A stretch of 63,401 nucleotides of DNA, the filler included, from Octopus bimaculoides (Eukaryota): assembly GCF_001194135.2 (NCBI RefSeq). It is 6 parts of 6 records of this genome, joined end to end, with 100 filler letters (N's around TTAATTAATTAA, not from the genome) between each part and the next. Parts side by side here need not be neighbours in the genome. Positions count along the whole stretch, not along the records: positions 1 to 22,867 come from NC_068990.1; positions 22,968 to 37,528 come from NC_068986.1; 4 more parts are not named here. One strand, 5' to 3'. A program made the position numbers and the translations under genes. Below the pieces are notes generated by a model. That model was not told the origin of the DNA and ran no database searches. It was given only the letters and a program-made list of their open reading frames with translations. Positions 11,283 through 23,679 of the stretch are shown in pieces. Position 1 is the stretch's first letter. Each line of letters opens with the position of its first letter.

Positions 11283-12665
11283 ACAGACACACACACACAC
11301 ACACACAGAGAGGAAAAAACAAACCAACCTCTCACGATAATGCCTCATATTTACTCCTCAGTGAATTGATTGGTTACTAGGGACAATGACAGGGAGTCTC
11401 CTCCTATATTTAACATCTTCCCATTTGCACCTGTCAAACAGGTGCTTCACTAATGGAATGCTATGTTTTATTTATTTATCTATTTATTTATTTATCCTTT
11501 TAGAAAAAAAACAATCACAAAACTCTTGCAAAATAAGCACAAACATTCAATTCGTGTTTAGACTGTCTAATTTGCAACAAACACTACTTTATTAAAAATG
11601 ACTTATTTATAAGCTTAATTATGTGGGAGAGGGAGGGGGAACATCACTACCACTGCCAACAACAACAACAACAGAACTTGGGGTAAAGATATTTCAGCCA
11701 ACTTTAGACTATTTAATTACATTTGATAATTATTTTGTGGGTGGGAGTAATTAAGATAAATGAATAAATAAAATTCTGCTGATGCCTGTTAAGATTCCTA
11801 ATGAATTTCTAAAAAAATCTAACGTCAAGGTTCTTGGAGATGAACAACAGGAATATTTATAATAAAACCATATTTGATTTTAATTAAAACATTTAGTTCT
11901 ATTTTTTACCTTCCTTCCTAATAAAAGCTTTCAGAATTTTATTATTCTCCATTTCTTAGTATTTTCTGTGAAATTTATTGATAAGAGAAAAGTTATTGGT
12001 GATGGCCAATAATATTATTTCTTACTTATCATTGACGGAACAATACTAAATAGCTTTCCAAATTCAAGGGCCACATTGAATGGGGAGACATAAGAGGCAC
12101 AGGGCCTGATTTCACTGGAATCTTTTGATTTCTGAAATTGTAAGAGTTCTGAAGAACTGTGGTTCTCTGTTGCATGATTCCTCAGTCTGTTATCTTTTAT
12201 CTTTTACCTGTTTCAGTCAGACGATGTGGCCATGCTGGGGCACTACCTTAAAAGATTTTTAGTTGAATGTATTGACGCCAGCACTCTTTTTCTTTCTTTT
12301 TTAAAGCCTGGTACTTATTCTGTTGGTTTTGTTTTGTTGAACTGCTAAGTTATGGGGATGTAAACACACCAATACCGGTTGTAAAGTGGTGGTGGTGGTT
12401 GGGGACAAACATGCATTAACATACACACAATACACAACAGGATTTCAGTTTCTGTCTACACCAAATGCACTCACAAGGTTTTTGTTGGCCCAAGGCTATA
12501 GTAGACGACATTTGCCCAAAGTGTCACAGAATTGACACTTTGGAACCATGTGGTTGGGATGCAGACTTCTTACCACACAGCCATGCCTGAACCTAACTTC
12601 TTACCACAAGATATGCAACTGAGTTTTCCCTCTCAACATTTTATTTTTCATTGAGAAAATTTCAC

Positions 12666-12714
<49 letters not shown>

Positions 12715-13169
12715 TGCCCTTATGTACAACTTAAGTGTGTTTACATACAACGTTGTTTGACAGTTTGAAAGCATCTCTGACAATCTTCAAGCAATAAAAT
12801 TGTCTCAGAAGTTTACATACTTCAAATATTAAATGATTATGTCTTCAAAGATATTTGGAGAGCAGCAGGTGCTTCCAATTGAAAAAAAATCAGCATCTTA
12901 CGTTACATCTACAAGTAGCAACTGATTTACCTTTTGATAATAAAACTGATTGTTGTTATTGTTGTTGTTGTAAAGGCAGCAAATTGTTACTGCTTTGGAC
13001 AATGCTTAACAGCATTTTTTCCAACTCTATGTTATAAGTTCAAATGCCACCAAGGTTGACTTTGCTTTTCATCCTTTAGGATGAAGTAAGTACCAGTTAA
13101 ATATTGAGGTCAATGTTATCCAATATTCTTCTATCAACAATTTTCAGGTTTTGTGCTTATAATATAAAG

Positions 13170-13696
13170 GATTATTATTATTATTTATTGTTGTTGTTGT
13201 TGCTATTATTATTATTGTTCAGTAGTTTTATTTTTATAACGTGCTTTCACTTCACTACCGAGCACAGCTCTGTGTACCTTGGGTATGTGCTGTGGTTTGC
13301 TGTGATGCTCTTATGGTTACTGTATTGAAAGTGTTTTGCGTAGGATGTGTACAGTGCCCAGTAGTGCAATTTTATGTATGTTATATATATTTGTAAGTCC
13401 TGGTGCTTTTGTTATGTATTTGTCTGAATATTTTTTTTATTATACCTAAGGTACCTACTATGATAGGAATTGTTTCTGTATTTAGATTCCACATTCGAGT
13501 TACCTCTATTTCCAGGTCTTTGTATTTTGAAAGTTTCTCCATTTTTTTTAGGGAAACGTTGTCATCTGCTGGTATTGATACATCAATTAGAAAGCATTTT
13601 TTTCCTTCATGATCTTTGACAACTATATCTGGTCTATTAGCCTTAATTTCTCTATCTGTGTGTATTGGCATATCCCAGAGTATGGTTGCTTTCTCG

Positions 13697-13705
<9 letters not shown>
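13170..13705 (-). mobile_element. 3' end of an RLE-type (R4/Dong-like) non-LTR retrotransposon
   Basis: ILWDMPIHTDREIKANRPDIVVKD...FLIDVSIP...KLSKYKDLEIEVTRMW is a restriction-like endonuclease domain (ORF 13381..13671). Followed by KIALLGT.HILRKTLS, a short UTR and an (AAT)n tail. Confidence 0.85.
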
Positions 13706-13761
<56 letters not shown>

Positions 13762-15596
13762 GTTTGACTTTTGATTTGTATTTGTACAAGTTGGCTCCAA
13801 GTTTCATCCAGTGACCTCAAGAGATAACAAGTTAGAAGAATCTAACGCGCTTTTCATACTTTGCTATGCAGGCAGCTTTAACACATAATTGTTAATGTAA
13901 ATGACTTACCCTCTACCCCAAAATTGCTGGTTTTTGTGCCAAAATTTGAAATCAATATTTAATTCTATCCTTCCACATTCTGAGCTCATTTCTTACTAGA
14001 AATCCTCCTCCTTTTATCCTCATAGGATTTACAAGATCAATACCTGATTTGTGCAGGGGTTTGGTTGATTCAGCTAAATTTCTCATAATATAGTGTCAAT
14101 GTAGATTAAAAAAGTAGTTGTTTGTTTCACACATTGCCCCAGATAGGAAATAACCAGAACAAGTAAAAGCATGTCTAATCTTTTTTTTAATGTCTTATTG
14201 CTATTATATTGCTTTTGTAATCCTACTTTGTCATGCTTGGATGCACAGCAATTAGTCATTGAAGAATTACTGCTCCTATTTTTAGTTAATGGCCATTTAA
14301 TTTCAGTGACTTGGAAAGTCACAGAGATTATGATTACATCTAAAATATATCAATTGCTTATGTTATTTTTTTCTGTTTTACATGTTTCTGTCATTAGGCT
14401 GTGGCCATGCTGGGGCACTGCCTTGAAGAAACTTAAGCCAAGAAATCGACCCCAGTACTTGTCTTTTAAAGCCTGGCACTTATTTTAAAGGTCTGTTTTG
14501 CTGAACCACTAAGTTATAGGGACATGAACATACTAACACCGGTTGTCAAGCAATGGTGGGGGACAAATAGACACAAAACACACACACATGCATGCACGCA
14601 AACATACATGTGTACGTGCACACACACACACAACATACACACACACACACAACACACACACAATACGCACAGACACACACATGAGGTTCAGTGGGGCTGA
14701 ACCTGAAACCATGTGCTTGGGAAGCAAACTCCTTACCACACAGCCATGCCTATGCCTAAGAATACAAGATGTTCACAGACAGGATGTTATTGGTCATAGG
14801 CTTGTCCAGTCAAAGCTGGCCTTGGGCTAAACAACACCAACCCACCATCAGATAAATAACTTTGTTTGACTATGAAGAATTTCACATCAAGAAGCTTATT
14901 ATGAAATGTTCAATAGTAATTGACTAAAACCGGTAATTGAAGAATTGAAAACTCAGTATTTTTTATCCCCAAAATATCTTATATTCTTAAATGCCTGTTA
15001 AGCTGAGTCTGTGATCCTGTTTCCACCCATCGATGATAGAATTTCTCTTACCTTACAATATTACTGAGAAAGGTGTAAATGTTGCTTAACTTATTCTTTT
15101 CTGTTACAAAACAGTTTACCTTGTAGCTACATAAAGAATTGATATTTTTGGCTACATACTTTATGCTATTTCTAAATGGTTAGAAATAAAACTCATAGAA
15201 ATATCTAGAAATGTTTACTTAATAATTTATTCTTGTTGAAGAGTGAATAGATATTTAATCTCTTATTAGTCATGAAAGTAATAATTGATATGTTTGTGTA
15301 TTCCTACGGAAATGACTAAATTAAGAAACTAAAGGTTTAATGTTTGTTTTGCTTTTTGTTTGTGTGTTTGGGTGAAAGGTTTTGGCTCAGGTGTGGCAGT
15401 GTAGTCAGTAAATTCGCTTCCAAACCACATGGTTTCAAGTTCAGTCCCACTACATGGCACCATGAGCAACTGTTTTCTGCTGTAGTTCCAGGCAAAGCAA
15501 ACCTTGTGAGTAAATTTGGTAGATGAAAATAGAAAGGCATCCATATTACACACACACATACACATAACCCATGCCAGTGTGGACAACAGACATTAA

Positions 15597-15628
<32 letters not shown>

Positions 15629-16639
15629 ATATATTAATTTAAGTTTTTGTGTTCTGTTATAACAAAAACAATTTCAGGTTTATCTGGTGGGTTACTCCAA
15701 GTACAAATTTATTATCATTAAACAGGAATATTGACAGTGACTTCTAAAGTTTTGGCCAGTTAAAGCCATCTACTCTTGGTTTTATATTGTCTCTATTGAG
15801 TTAGAAGTGTTTTGGATAAATTTTTATTGATTAAATTTGGGGTTATGTTCTTGCCTAGAATTTATTGGTGTACATAGAACTTCATAAGCAAGTGTATATA
15901 TATTTAGGTGTGTCTCTTTTGTTAGGTAGGCACAGAATGTGTCAGTAGTTTTAGTTATTTTTAGTTTTATTGGATTTAATCTTTTGTTTTAACAATGTAA
16001 AGGTCAAAGGTACAAAGTTGAGTATTTAAAACTTAGTAATTAGGTGTGTCAACTTTTTCATAATGGAAGTTTTTAGGGGTTCACAAAAGAATGTAAATAG
16101 GTTGTATGTTTTAGCTGGTCAGTTTCTTCACTTGTTCCTATTTAAGTATTTCCTGTTTTCATTTCGAAGGTAGGAGTCATCAGTCAGGCATCCCATGGTG
16201 TTGTTGGCATAGAAAATTATTCCTTTTGTGTTTTGATGTTCACAAAAGGATTTGGGTAGTTGTAAAAGTTTGTTTCTCTCTGGGTGTTAATTTGATTAGT
16301 ATATAGAGATTTTAACTTTCGTGTTTTATGGAGGTAGAATTTGTGGGCTGTGTGCTTATAAATATTTCTTGGCATACTCTCAAATAATGCTACTCCAGGA
16401 ATCCTATGGAACAACCCTATTCCAGTGGCTTGTATTTACAGTCATATTGTTTTCGTTATTACCTGACTAATATAATAAAAAAATTCTCCACAGAACTTGG
16501 TAGAGTCACCTACACTCCAAGTGTTGGTTATCATAGATGATGACGAGTATAACTGGAGTACAACACCCCCACATATGAAGGGAAGCTGAAAAGTTCCTGG
16601 CTTTGGGTAGCAGGAAATATGAGAGAACTAGTGGAATGT

Positions 16640-17057
16640 TAAAAGCACCATCTGAGCGTGATGGCTCCCATGCTGGTGGCACGTAAAAAGCACCATTCGA
16701 GCATGATCATTACCAGCATCACCTTACTGGCACATGTGCCGGTGGCATGTGGAAAACAACATTTAAGTGTGGCCGCTGCCAGTGCCGCTGGACTGGCTCC
16801 TATGCAGGTAGCACATAAAAAAAACCTTTTGAGCATGGTCGTTGCCAGTACCACCTGACTGGCCCTCGAGCCGGTGGCATGTAAAAGCACCCACTACACT
16901 CTTGGAGTGGTCGGCGTTAGGCAGAACATACAGCTGTTGAAACTTTGCCAGATCAGATTGAGCCTTGTGCAGCCTTCTGGCTCGCCAGTCCTCAGTCAAA
17001 TCGTCCGACCCATGCCAGCATGGAAAGCGGACGTTAAACGATGACGACGATGATGAT
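16640..17057 (+). mobile_element. RTE LINE 3' UTR fragment with internal tandem repeats
   Basis: Repeated GGCACGTAAAAAGCACCATTCGAGC units and terminal CATGCCAGCATGGAAAGCGGACGTTAAACGATGA, matching 47300-47730. Confidence 0.8.
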
Positions 17058-17908
17058 AATTTTATTGAACATATTCCCTTCTCAGATTCACACACTTATT
17101 GCAGCAGTCCATCAGTTTTTCTAAGCCCTGTAAAAGAACTCTTAAGGTTAGGCCTCCAACCAGACCTTTCACAATACTTTTAAAGCCGGGAACTTTTCAG
17201 CACCACCTCATATAAAGTTATAAGAATTCTTATTTATTTGTTTATATTTAATGATTCAGAAATGATTCTATCTTCATTATTTTCTATTTATGTGGACTAT
17301 TGTACTGTCTACAAAACATTTTATTGAACGTTTCAAATTGGATGTTATCATTCCATTTCCTGGATGCCAAGTTGAGCATCTGGACAGGAAATATAGATGT
17401 CTTAATGCTTGTAGTTATTGTTATGAAATTTCAAACTTGTATGGGCACATTTTAAATTCATTAATTACATTGGCAAGAACACGCACACACACACACACAC
17501 ACACACTCTGTCTCTCCTGATTTGCAAAAGTGTATTTGAAATCTGAGGAGTCAAAGGATTCCATGAATTGTAACTTTGAGTTTGTGGCTCCAAAGAAGCT
17601 CCTACATAGTTCCTTGAACCTCTCGGTGTCTCATGCATGTTTATTGCAACAAACTATATTATTAAATGGGATCCATATGTTTAACCCTTTTGATAACAGC
17701 TGTTTCCTTAATAAACAAATCACCTATATCATTGCCTTCATTGCTTTAACTTTACACAGATAACTGCTCACACACACACACACACACACACACAGTGTGC
17801 CAAACACTTAACTCTTTTGTTACTGTTTAAATACACTGATTTTGTTTCATAGAAAAATATTATTTGTAAATCTCTCAATGAGAGATATTCAGTAACAGTA
17901 CTCTAGAG

Positions 17909-18100
17909 TAAAGATTATTTGCCAACACATCATGGCAGTCGTGGTTAGGAAGAATGTTACTGTTTTTTAGCTCGAGGAAACAGCGTCTCCAGCTGGCTAG
18001 TGTGTTGTATAGCCAGCTGGAGATGATATTTTCTAGAGCTAAATAACAGTAACATTCTTCCTAACCAGGACTGCCACAGTATGTTGGCAAATAATTTTTA
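17909..18100. repeat. ~190-bp imperfect palindromic (hairpin) element
   Basis: Left arm TTATTTGCCAACA...GGTTAGGAAGAATGTTACTGTT...TCTCCAGCTGGCTA is the reverse complement of the right arm. Loop is about 10 nt. Confidence 0.8.
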
Positions 18101-18635
18101 CAATTTTGTTTCAATTAATTTGGAAAATAACAAAGAATTTATAAGAATATATTTGTCATAATGGAGCTAGTATTTCAAAAATAAATAGAATTTTGACAGA
18201 AGGTTTTTATTTAGATAACTGTAAAACAGAGACTTTCTATTGAAACTAGATGTGGTCTTATGCAGGCTGGAACCAAAAGGGTCAAAGAGCCTGTGGCTAG
18301 GAAACCTTGTGACTCTTCCAAAACAGTCACAGAAGTCTAGAACAGGCTTCAGCCTGGCCAGCTTTTGTGGTACTGTGCCACCCATGCTAGCATGGAACAC
18401 AGATGTTAAATGATGATGATGAAGATGATGACATTTTACCATACAAGTGAAACTTGATGTTTTTGAGGCCTAGGAATCACCTGTTGATGCTTATTGACAA
18501 TATATTGGTGCTATACATAACTACAGCACATTGACAATTAAGAAAACTTCAATCGTTTTTATTTATTGTACAACTTAAACATTTTATGTTTCTCTTTCTT
18601 AATTTTTCTTATTCATGCTCAATATTCCATTTCAG

Positions 18636-18730
18636 CTCGTCCAGAATTTACAGACACTGTTGCCATTAAGCAAAGCCGACATCCCATTTTGGAAAAAATT
18701 GCAAGGGAGCCTCCTGTTCCAAACAATACT
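18636..18730 (+). CDS. MSH4: MSH4 internal exon (95 nt): (T)[31 protein letters not shown]
   Basis: catttcag acceptor and GTAAAT donor at 18731. Start of the MutS ATPase domain (RPEFTDT.AIKQ..HPILEKI). Lies in ORF 18566..18781. Confidence 0.94.
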
Positions 18731-19270
18731 GTAAATATACTTTTAACTATTCTAATAAGCGAAAAATATTCCTTATTTTAATGGGTGAGCTGAACTTCTT
18801 AAGAACTTGGTTGGATCCGCCTAGCTATCTGATTTTTAAAAGATCTTCTTATATTTTTTATAATTAAATATTATTATGAAATGTGTAAAAATAATTATTA
18901 AAAATTTTCTATGTATTGTAGAAGTATAACCAATTTATTGCAGAAAAATTTTAACAATAAAATCTTATATGGACCCTGCTTTAGATGGTAGGAGAATGAA
19001 ATACATTTAAAATTTTCTCAAACAATAAACAAAATTAAATAGTTTCAGCTAGGATTTGAAACTGTATCACAAAATCATTCACTGTGAGATTACTTATTGT
19101 CCTATAGTTTATAACAATATTCATTTATCTCATTTTTATGAAAGTATTTTCGTATAATATTCAAAGTGGCAACTGTTTCAAGTGTCAGAATGTCGAAATA
19201 GAACTTTAAGATATTAATAAAAATCCTTTCCTTTTTTTACTCTGAAAAAATTTCCACACAATAGTTTTAA

Positions 19271-19511
19271 CCCTCTCAGACCTGGCCCACTGTGTTTAAC
19301 TTTACCCTTCATCTGTCACACCAGTTTAAAAAGCCTACCTGTTTTGTGCTCAAACTAGTCAGATCCAGCCTCTCACACCTACCCTATGATATTCTAAAAA
19401 TAAGCAATGACGTCTTTGAAATACCAAAGCCACTTGACAAGGCCTGATTAATTCCAAACACCATGTATAAATAAGCATTGACTTTGACAGAGGAATCTGA
19501 ATTCTAAAGGG
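19271..19511. mobile_element. Second piggyBac-like MITE family
   Basis: Flanked by TTAA (19267-19270, 19512-19515) with CCCT...AAAGGG termini. Left TIR is degenerate. Confidence 0.6.
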
Positions 19512-19864
19512 TTAAGATCATGTCAATGACTATTTCGAGTTCAGTAAACTCCTTCTTATTTGGTACCACTGGCATTGGGGGGTTGTCAGATAACTGAATG
19601 TTTTAGATATCTGATTACTTTTAAAATTACCACAGCACCTTGCTAAACTCATTAAATCTCTCTCTATATATATATATACATCAATACTATCATTAATATT
19701 CTGAATATAGATGCAGGTATGGCTGTGTGGTTAGAAGCTCATTCCCAACTGCATAGTTCAGGGTTCAGTCCCACTGCGTGGCACCATGGGCAAGCGTCTT
19801 CTACTATAGCCTTGGGCTGACCAATGCCTTGTGAGTGGATTTGGTAGACAGAAACTGAAAGAAG

Positions 19865-20077
19865 GCAGCGAGCTGGCAGAAACGTTAGCATGCCGCGCAA
19901 AATGCTTAGTGGTATTTTGTCTGCCGATTCCACCGAGGTCGACTTTGCCTTTCATCCTTTCGGGGTCGATAAATAAAGTACCAGTTATGCACTGGGATCG
20001 ATGTAATCGACTTAATCCCTTTGTCTGTCCTTGTTTGTCCTCTCTATGTTTAGCCCCTTGTGGGCAATAAAGGAATA
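19865..20077 (+). mobile_element. Young family A SINE inserted in a family B SINE, 15-bp TSD
   Basis: AGAAACTGAAAGAAG at 19850-19864 and 20078-20092. Family B sequence continues on both sides. Confidence 0.88.
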
Positions 20078-21787
20078 AGAAACTGAAAGAAGCCTGTTGT
20101 ATGTGTATGTGTGTTTGTCCCCCCCCCTCACTGCTTGACAACTGGTGTTGGTTTGTTTACGTCCCTGTAACTTAGTGGTTCTGCAAAAGAATAAGTACTG
20201 CGGTTGATACATTCAATTAAAAATTCTTGAAGGAGGTGCCCCAGCACGGCCACAGTCTAACCAAATGAAACTAATAAAAGATAAAAGATAACAGATAGTA
20301 AAAATGAGAGAAATAGGAAGGCATAAAAATATGACTTATGTAAAGAACAAGCTTTAGTAACCTAATGAAATATAGGTACTCTAAGTGCCACAAAATAATA
20401 TACTGTACTATACTTTGGGAAGCAACAGTCATAAAATTTCTTTTAATGATAAGTGATTAATTAACACAAATTAGCACACATTCTTTTGACTCTAATTAGC
20501 ATTTTCTTTAATTTGTTTCTGGTTGCTGATTGTTTGAGTTCCTGTTATTTAAGTAGCAGATAAGAAGGAGTCCACTGTATATTTAATCTGTGAGTCTATA
20601 GACAAAGCATATAGCATTAGTTTGAAACAGTTTTATGAAATTTTAATAAGTAGGAGAAGGTAAATGTTGTTTAAAAAAAACAAATAAGAATAAATAAAAA
20701 AAAAAGCGGTTGATAAATCTAACAGAAAAACAATTCTCATTAATCATTAAATACCATAGAGTTATTTAAACATTCCATGCATATTTATAGAAGTAGTAGA
20801 ACCTGATTTGGTTTTGAAAAATTGCAGAAGTGAAAAGCAACAGAAATTTGACAAACACTACAGAAAAAGTGGTAGCTATATGAGGTTAATCAAAACAATT
20901 TTTTTTTTTTTTTTGGCAGCTTGTTTTTTCTTTTTTTCTAATATGGGTTTGATTTTCCTGCAAAGTTTTGTATTTGCATTGATACTTTTCTTTTGATAGC
21001 AACTTAATTTTGATTAATTGATATATTGCAGACTATTTATTAAAAATATATCTTCTGTAACATATGCATACATGTGTGTATGTTTGTTTGTGTGTTTATG
21101 TCTTTTGTCTTATGTCAGTGAAGGTTGTATATAGAATCAAAAAACAGCACTCTTCAAATAAAATTCTTCAAGTTATAGATGCTTGTCTGTCATTCTTTCC
21201 ACCACGAATGCAAAACCACCAGAAACTGGAAGGCGGCGAGCTGGCAGAAACGTTAGCACACTGGACGGAATGCTTAGCAGTATTTTGTCTGCCGTTACGT
21301 TCTGAGTTCAAATTCCACTGAGGTCGGCTTTGCCTTTCATCCATTTGGGGTCAGTGAAATAAATACCAGTTACTCACTTGGGTTTATGTAATTGACTAGC
21401 CTCCTCCCCCAAATTTCAGGCCTTGTGCCTTTAGTAGAAAGGGTTTTTTATTATTGACTAAAGCACTTTTTGTTGCATTCGGAGTCCAAATTCCGCCAAG
21501 GTCACTTTCACCTTTCATGGTCAATAAATTAAGTACCAGTGAAACACTAGGGTCAATGTAATCAACTATTCCCCTCCACCAAATTTCAGGCCTTAGGCTT
21601 CCAGGTGAAAGGATTATTATTATTGTTATTGTCATTATGTTGATACTATCAGATCTTAATATTTAAATCAAATTTTTTGTAATTTAGTACTTACATAATA
21701 TCTTGTAACATATTCATATTTTATACATAGTATATTTTATTATCAGGAAATAACTTAATCATTCTTTTGTTTTTGTTTTTTTTTCAG

Positions 21788-21835
21788 TATGCTTCTAATG
21801 ACAGCAATTTTATTATTATTACAGGACCAAATATG
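21788..21835 (+). CDS. MSH4: MSH4 internal exon (48 nt): YASNDSNFIIITGPNM (first half of Walker A)
   Basis: Long T tract + CAG acceptor and GTAAGT donor at 21836. IITGPNM is the MutS P-loop prefix. Confidence 0.93.
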
Positions 21836-22813
21836 GTAAGTATTAAACGCTCATTCAATAATATTTGGAAAAAATAATTTGATCTAAAGATAAAAATCCT
21901 ATTAAAATCTGTTTGTAAACTTTACAGGATACTCTTAGTTAAGAAACACTCTACTAAAGTCATGTTCTAAGACAGATTAGTCTTAATCTGTTTTTCTTTA
22001 TGAACAGCATATTCTTCTGAAATGGTTCTTCAAAATCAGGAGTAAAGTATTCATTTGTGACCATTTCTGCTTTTGTCAAAAGACTCTCCCTCTCTCTCTC
22101 TCTCAGACACTCACATACACAAGCACACACAAATTCTTGCTCTCTCTCTCTTTCACACTCACACACACACACACATACACAAATTCTCTCTCTCCTTCTC
22201 TCTCATATGCACACACACACACACACACTCTCTCTCTCTCTCTCTCTCCACGCACACACATATACACATTGTTATAAAATACATTGACGTTAAATATATA
22301 GATGTATGTTGAAAAGCGACCATATATATAGCCTTCATTTTCTGTCATATTCTGAAAGAAGATCAACTTTTATTATTCACATTATTGTGCTGGACAAAAT
22401 GTTTATTTCTTCCAGCTCTTTAAGTTCTGGGTCCAAAAGCCACTGAGGTCAAATTTATTTTTCATCCTTTTGGGGTCAACAAAATAAGTACCAGTTGAGC
22501 ACTGGGGTGCTATCAACTAGCTCCCTCCTCACAAAATTCCAGGCCGTGTGCCTATAGTAGAAATAGTAGAAAGAATTACTCATTGATATTTTAAATCTTG
22601 AACATACGTAGGTGCAGGTATGGCTGTGTAGTAAGAAGTATGCTTCTCAACCCCATAGTTCTGGGTTCAGTCCCACTACATGGCACCTTGGGCGAGTGTC
22701 TTCTAGCCACTCATTCGTGAGTGTATTTGATAGACAGACACTGAAAGAAGCCCAACACACACACACACACACTCACTCATGTGAATGCTGCCTGAAGGAT
22801 GACTTCAAGGCTA

Positions 22814-22849
<36 letters not shown>

Positions 22850-22867
22850 TGTATATATATATTAAAG

Positions 22868-22967
22868 NNNNNNNNNNNNNNNNNNNNNNNNNNNNNNNNN
22901 NNNNNNNNNNNTTAATTAATTAANNNNNNNNNNNNNNNNNNNNNNNNNNNNNNNNNNNNNNNNNNNN
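22868..22967. other. Artificial scaffold join: 44 N + TTAATTAATTAA + 44 N
   Basis: Identical 100-bp spacer with a six-frame-stop core, found five times in the window. Confidence 0.95.
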
Positions 22968-23029
22968 GTGTGTGTGTGTGTGTGTCTGTGTAAATATTTA
23001 TATACATATATACATATATATATATACAT

Positions 23030-23090
<61 letters not shown>

Positions 23091-23679
23091 AAATTTGGTG
23101 TAACTAATTTCATATATTAGCGGGCAGATGGGGCTCCTTAACCGTGGTGAAGGCATCCCATCTAGGTGAGGGAAACTCTGATGTTTAACCAGATCCTTGG
23201 TTGCTCAGGATCTCCCTAACAAGGCTGTACTATCAGCAATCTCTGACACATGGGGTACACTAAGCTCTTCAGTTTGTCTATAGCGGCTTGTCTAGGGGAT
23301 GGAAACCTCTAAACAAAAATGCCGAGGTGTATTGTTTTTGGTATTGTGGCACATATGTGCACCATATTCTTGCTATCATTACTTCCAAAAAGTGTGGCTG
23401 GCTCTACAAAAGCGTGCGACACTCAAATCAAATCATTTGTGTAGGTTTTCTGACAATTTAGATTTACTCATTCGATGCGGCACAGCTTGAACTTCTTAAA
23501 ATCAATAATTCCTCTAGGGAGAGTGTAACCGACAGGGACAGCTAAATGATATTAATGGAAGTCTCTTGGTGGATCTTTATACAGTCGGTTACTGTTGGGT
23601 TATGGCCGTTCCAGCACAACTTTTGAGTAACTGTATTGCCCATGTCCTCCAGTTGTGACAAGGCAGGTCTATCTTGACA

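Noticed and set aside
15640-16440. Possible minus-strand LINE C-terminal relic (also 18170-18270)
   Set aside because: Translations were suggestive, but I could not anchor any diagnostic motif.
16640-16890. Regularly spaced repeats resembling a CRISPR-like array
   Set aside because: The units are degenerate, lack unique spacers and belong to the RTE 3' UTR. The sequence is eukaryotic.
22912-22923. TTAATTAATTAA as a recurrent biological motif (homeodomain site, PacI site, piggyBac target)
   Set aside because: It is always centred in exactly 44+44 N, so it is an assembly spacer.
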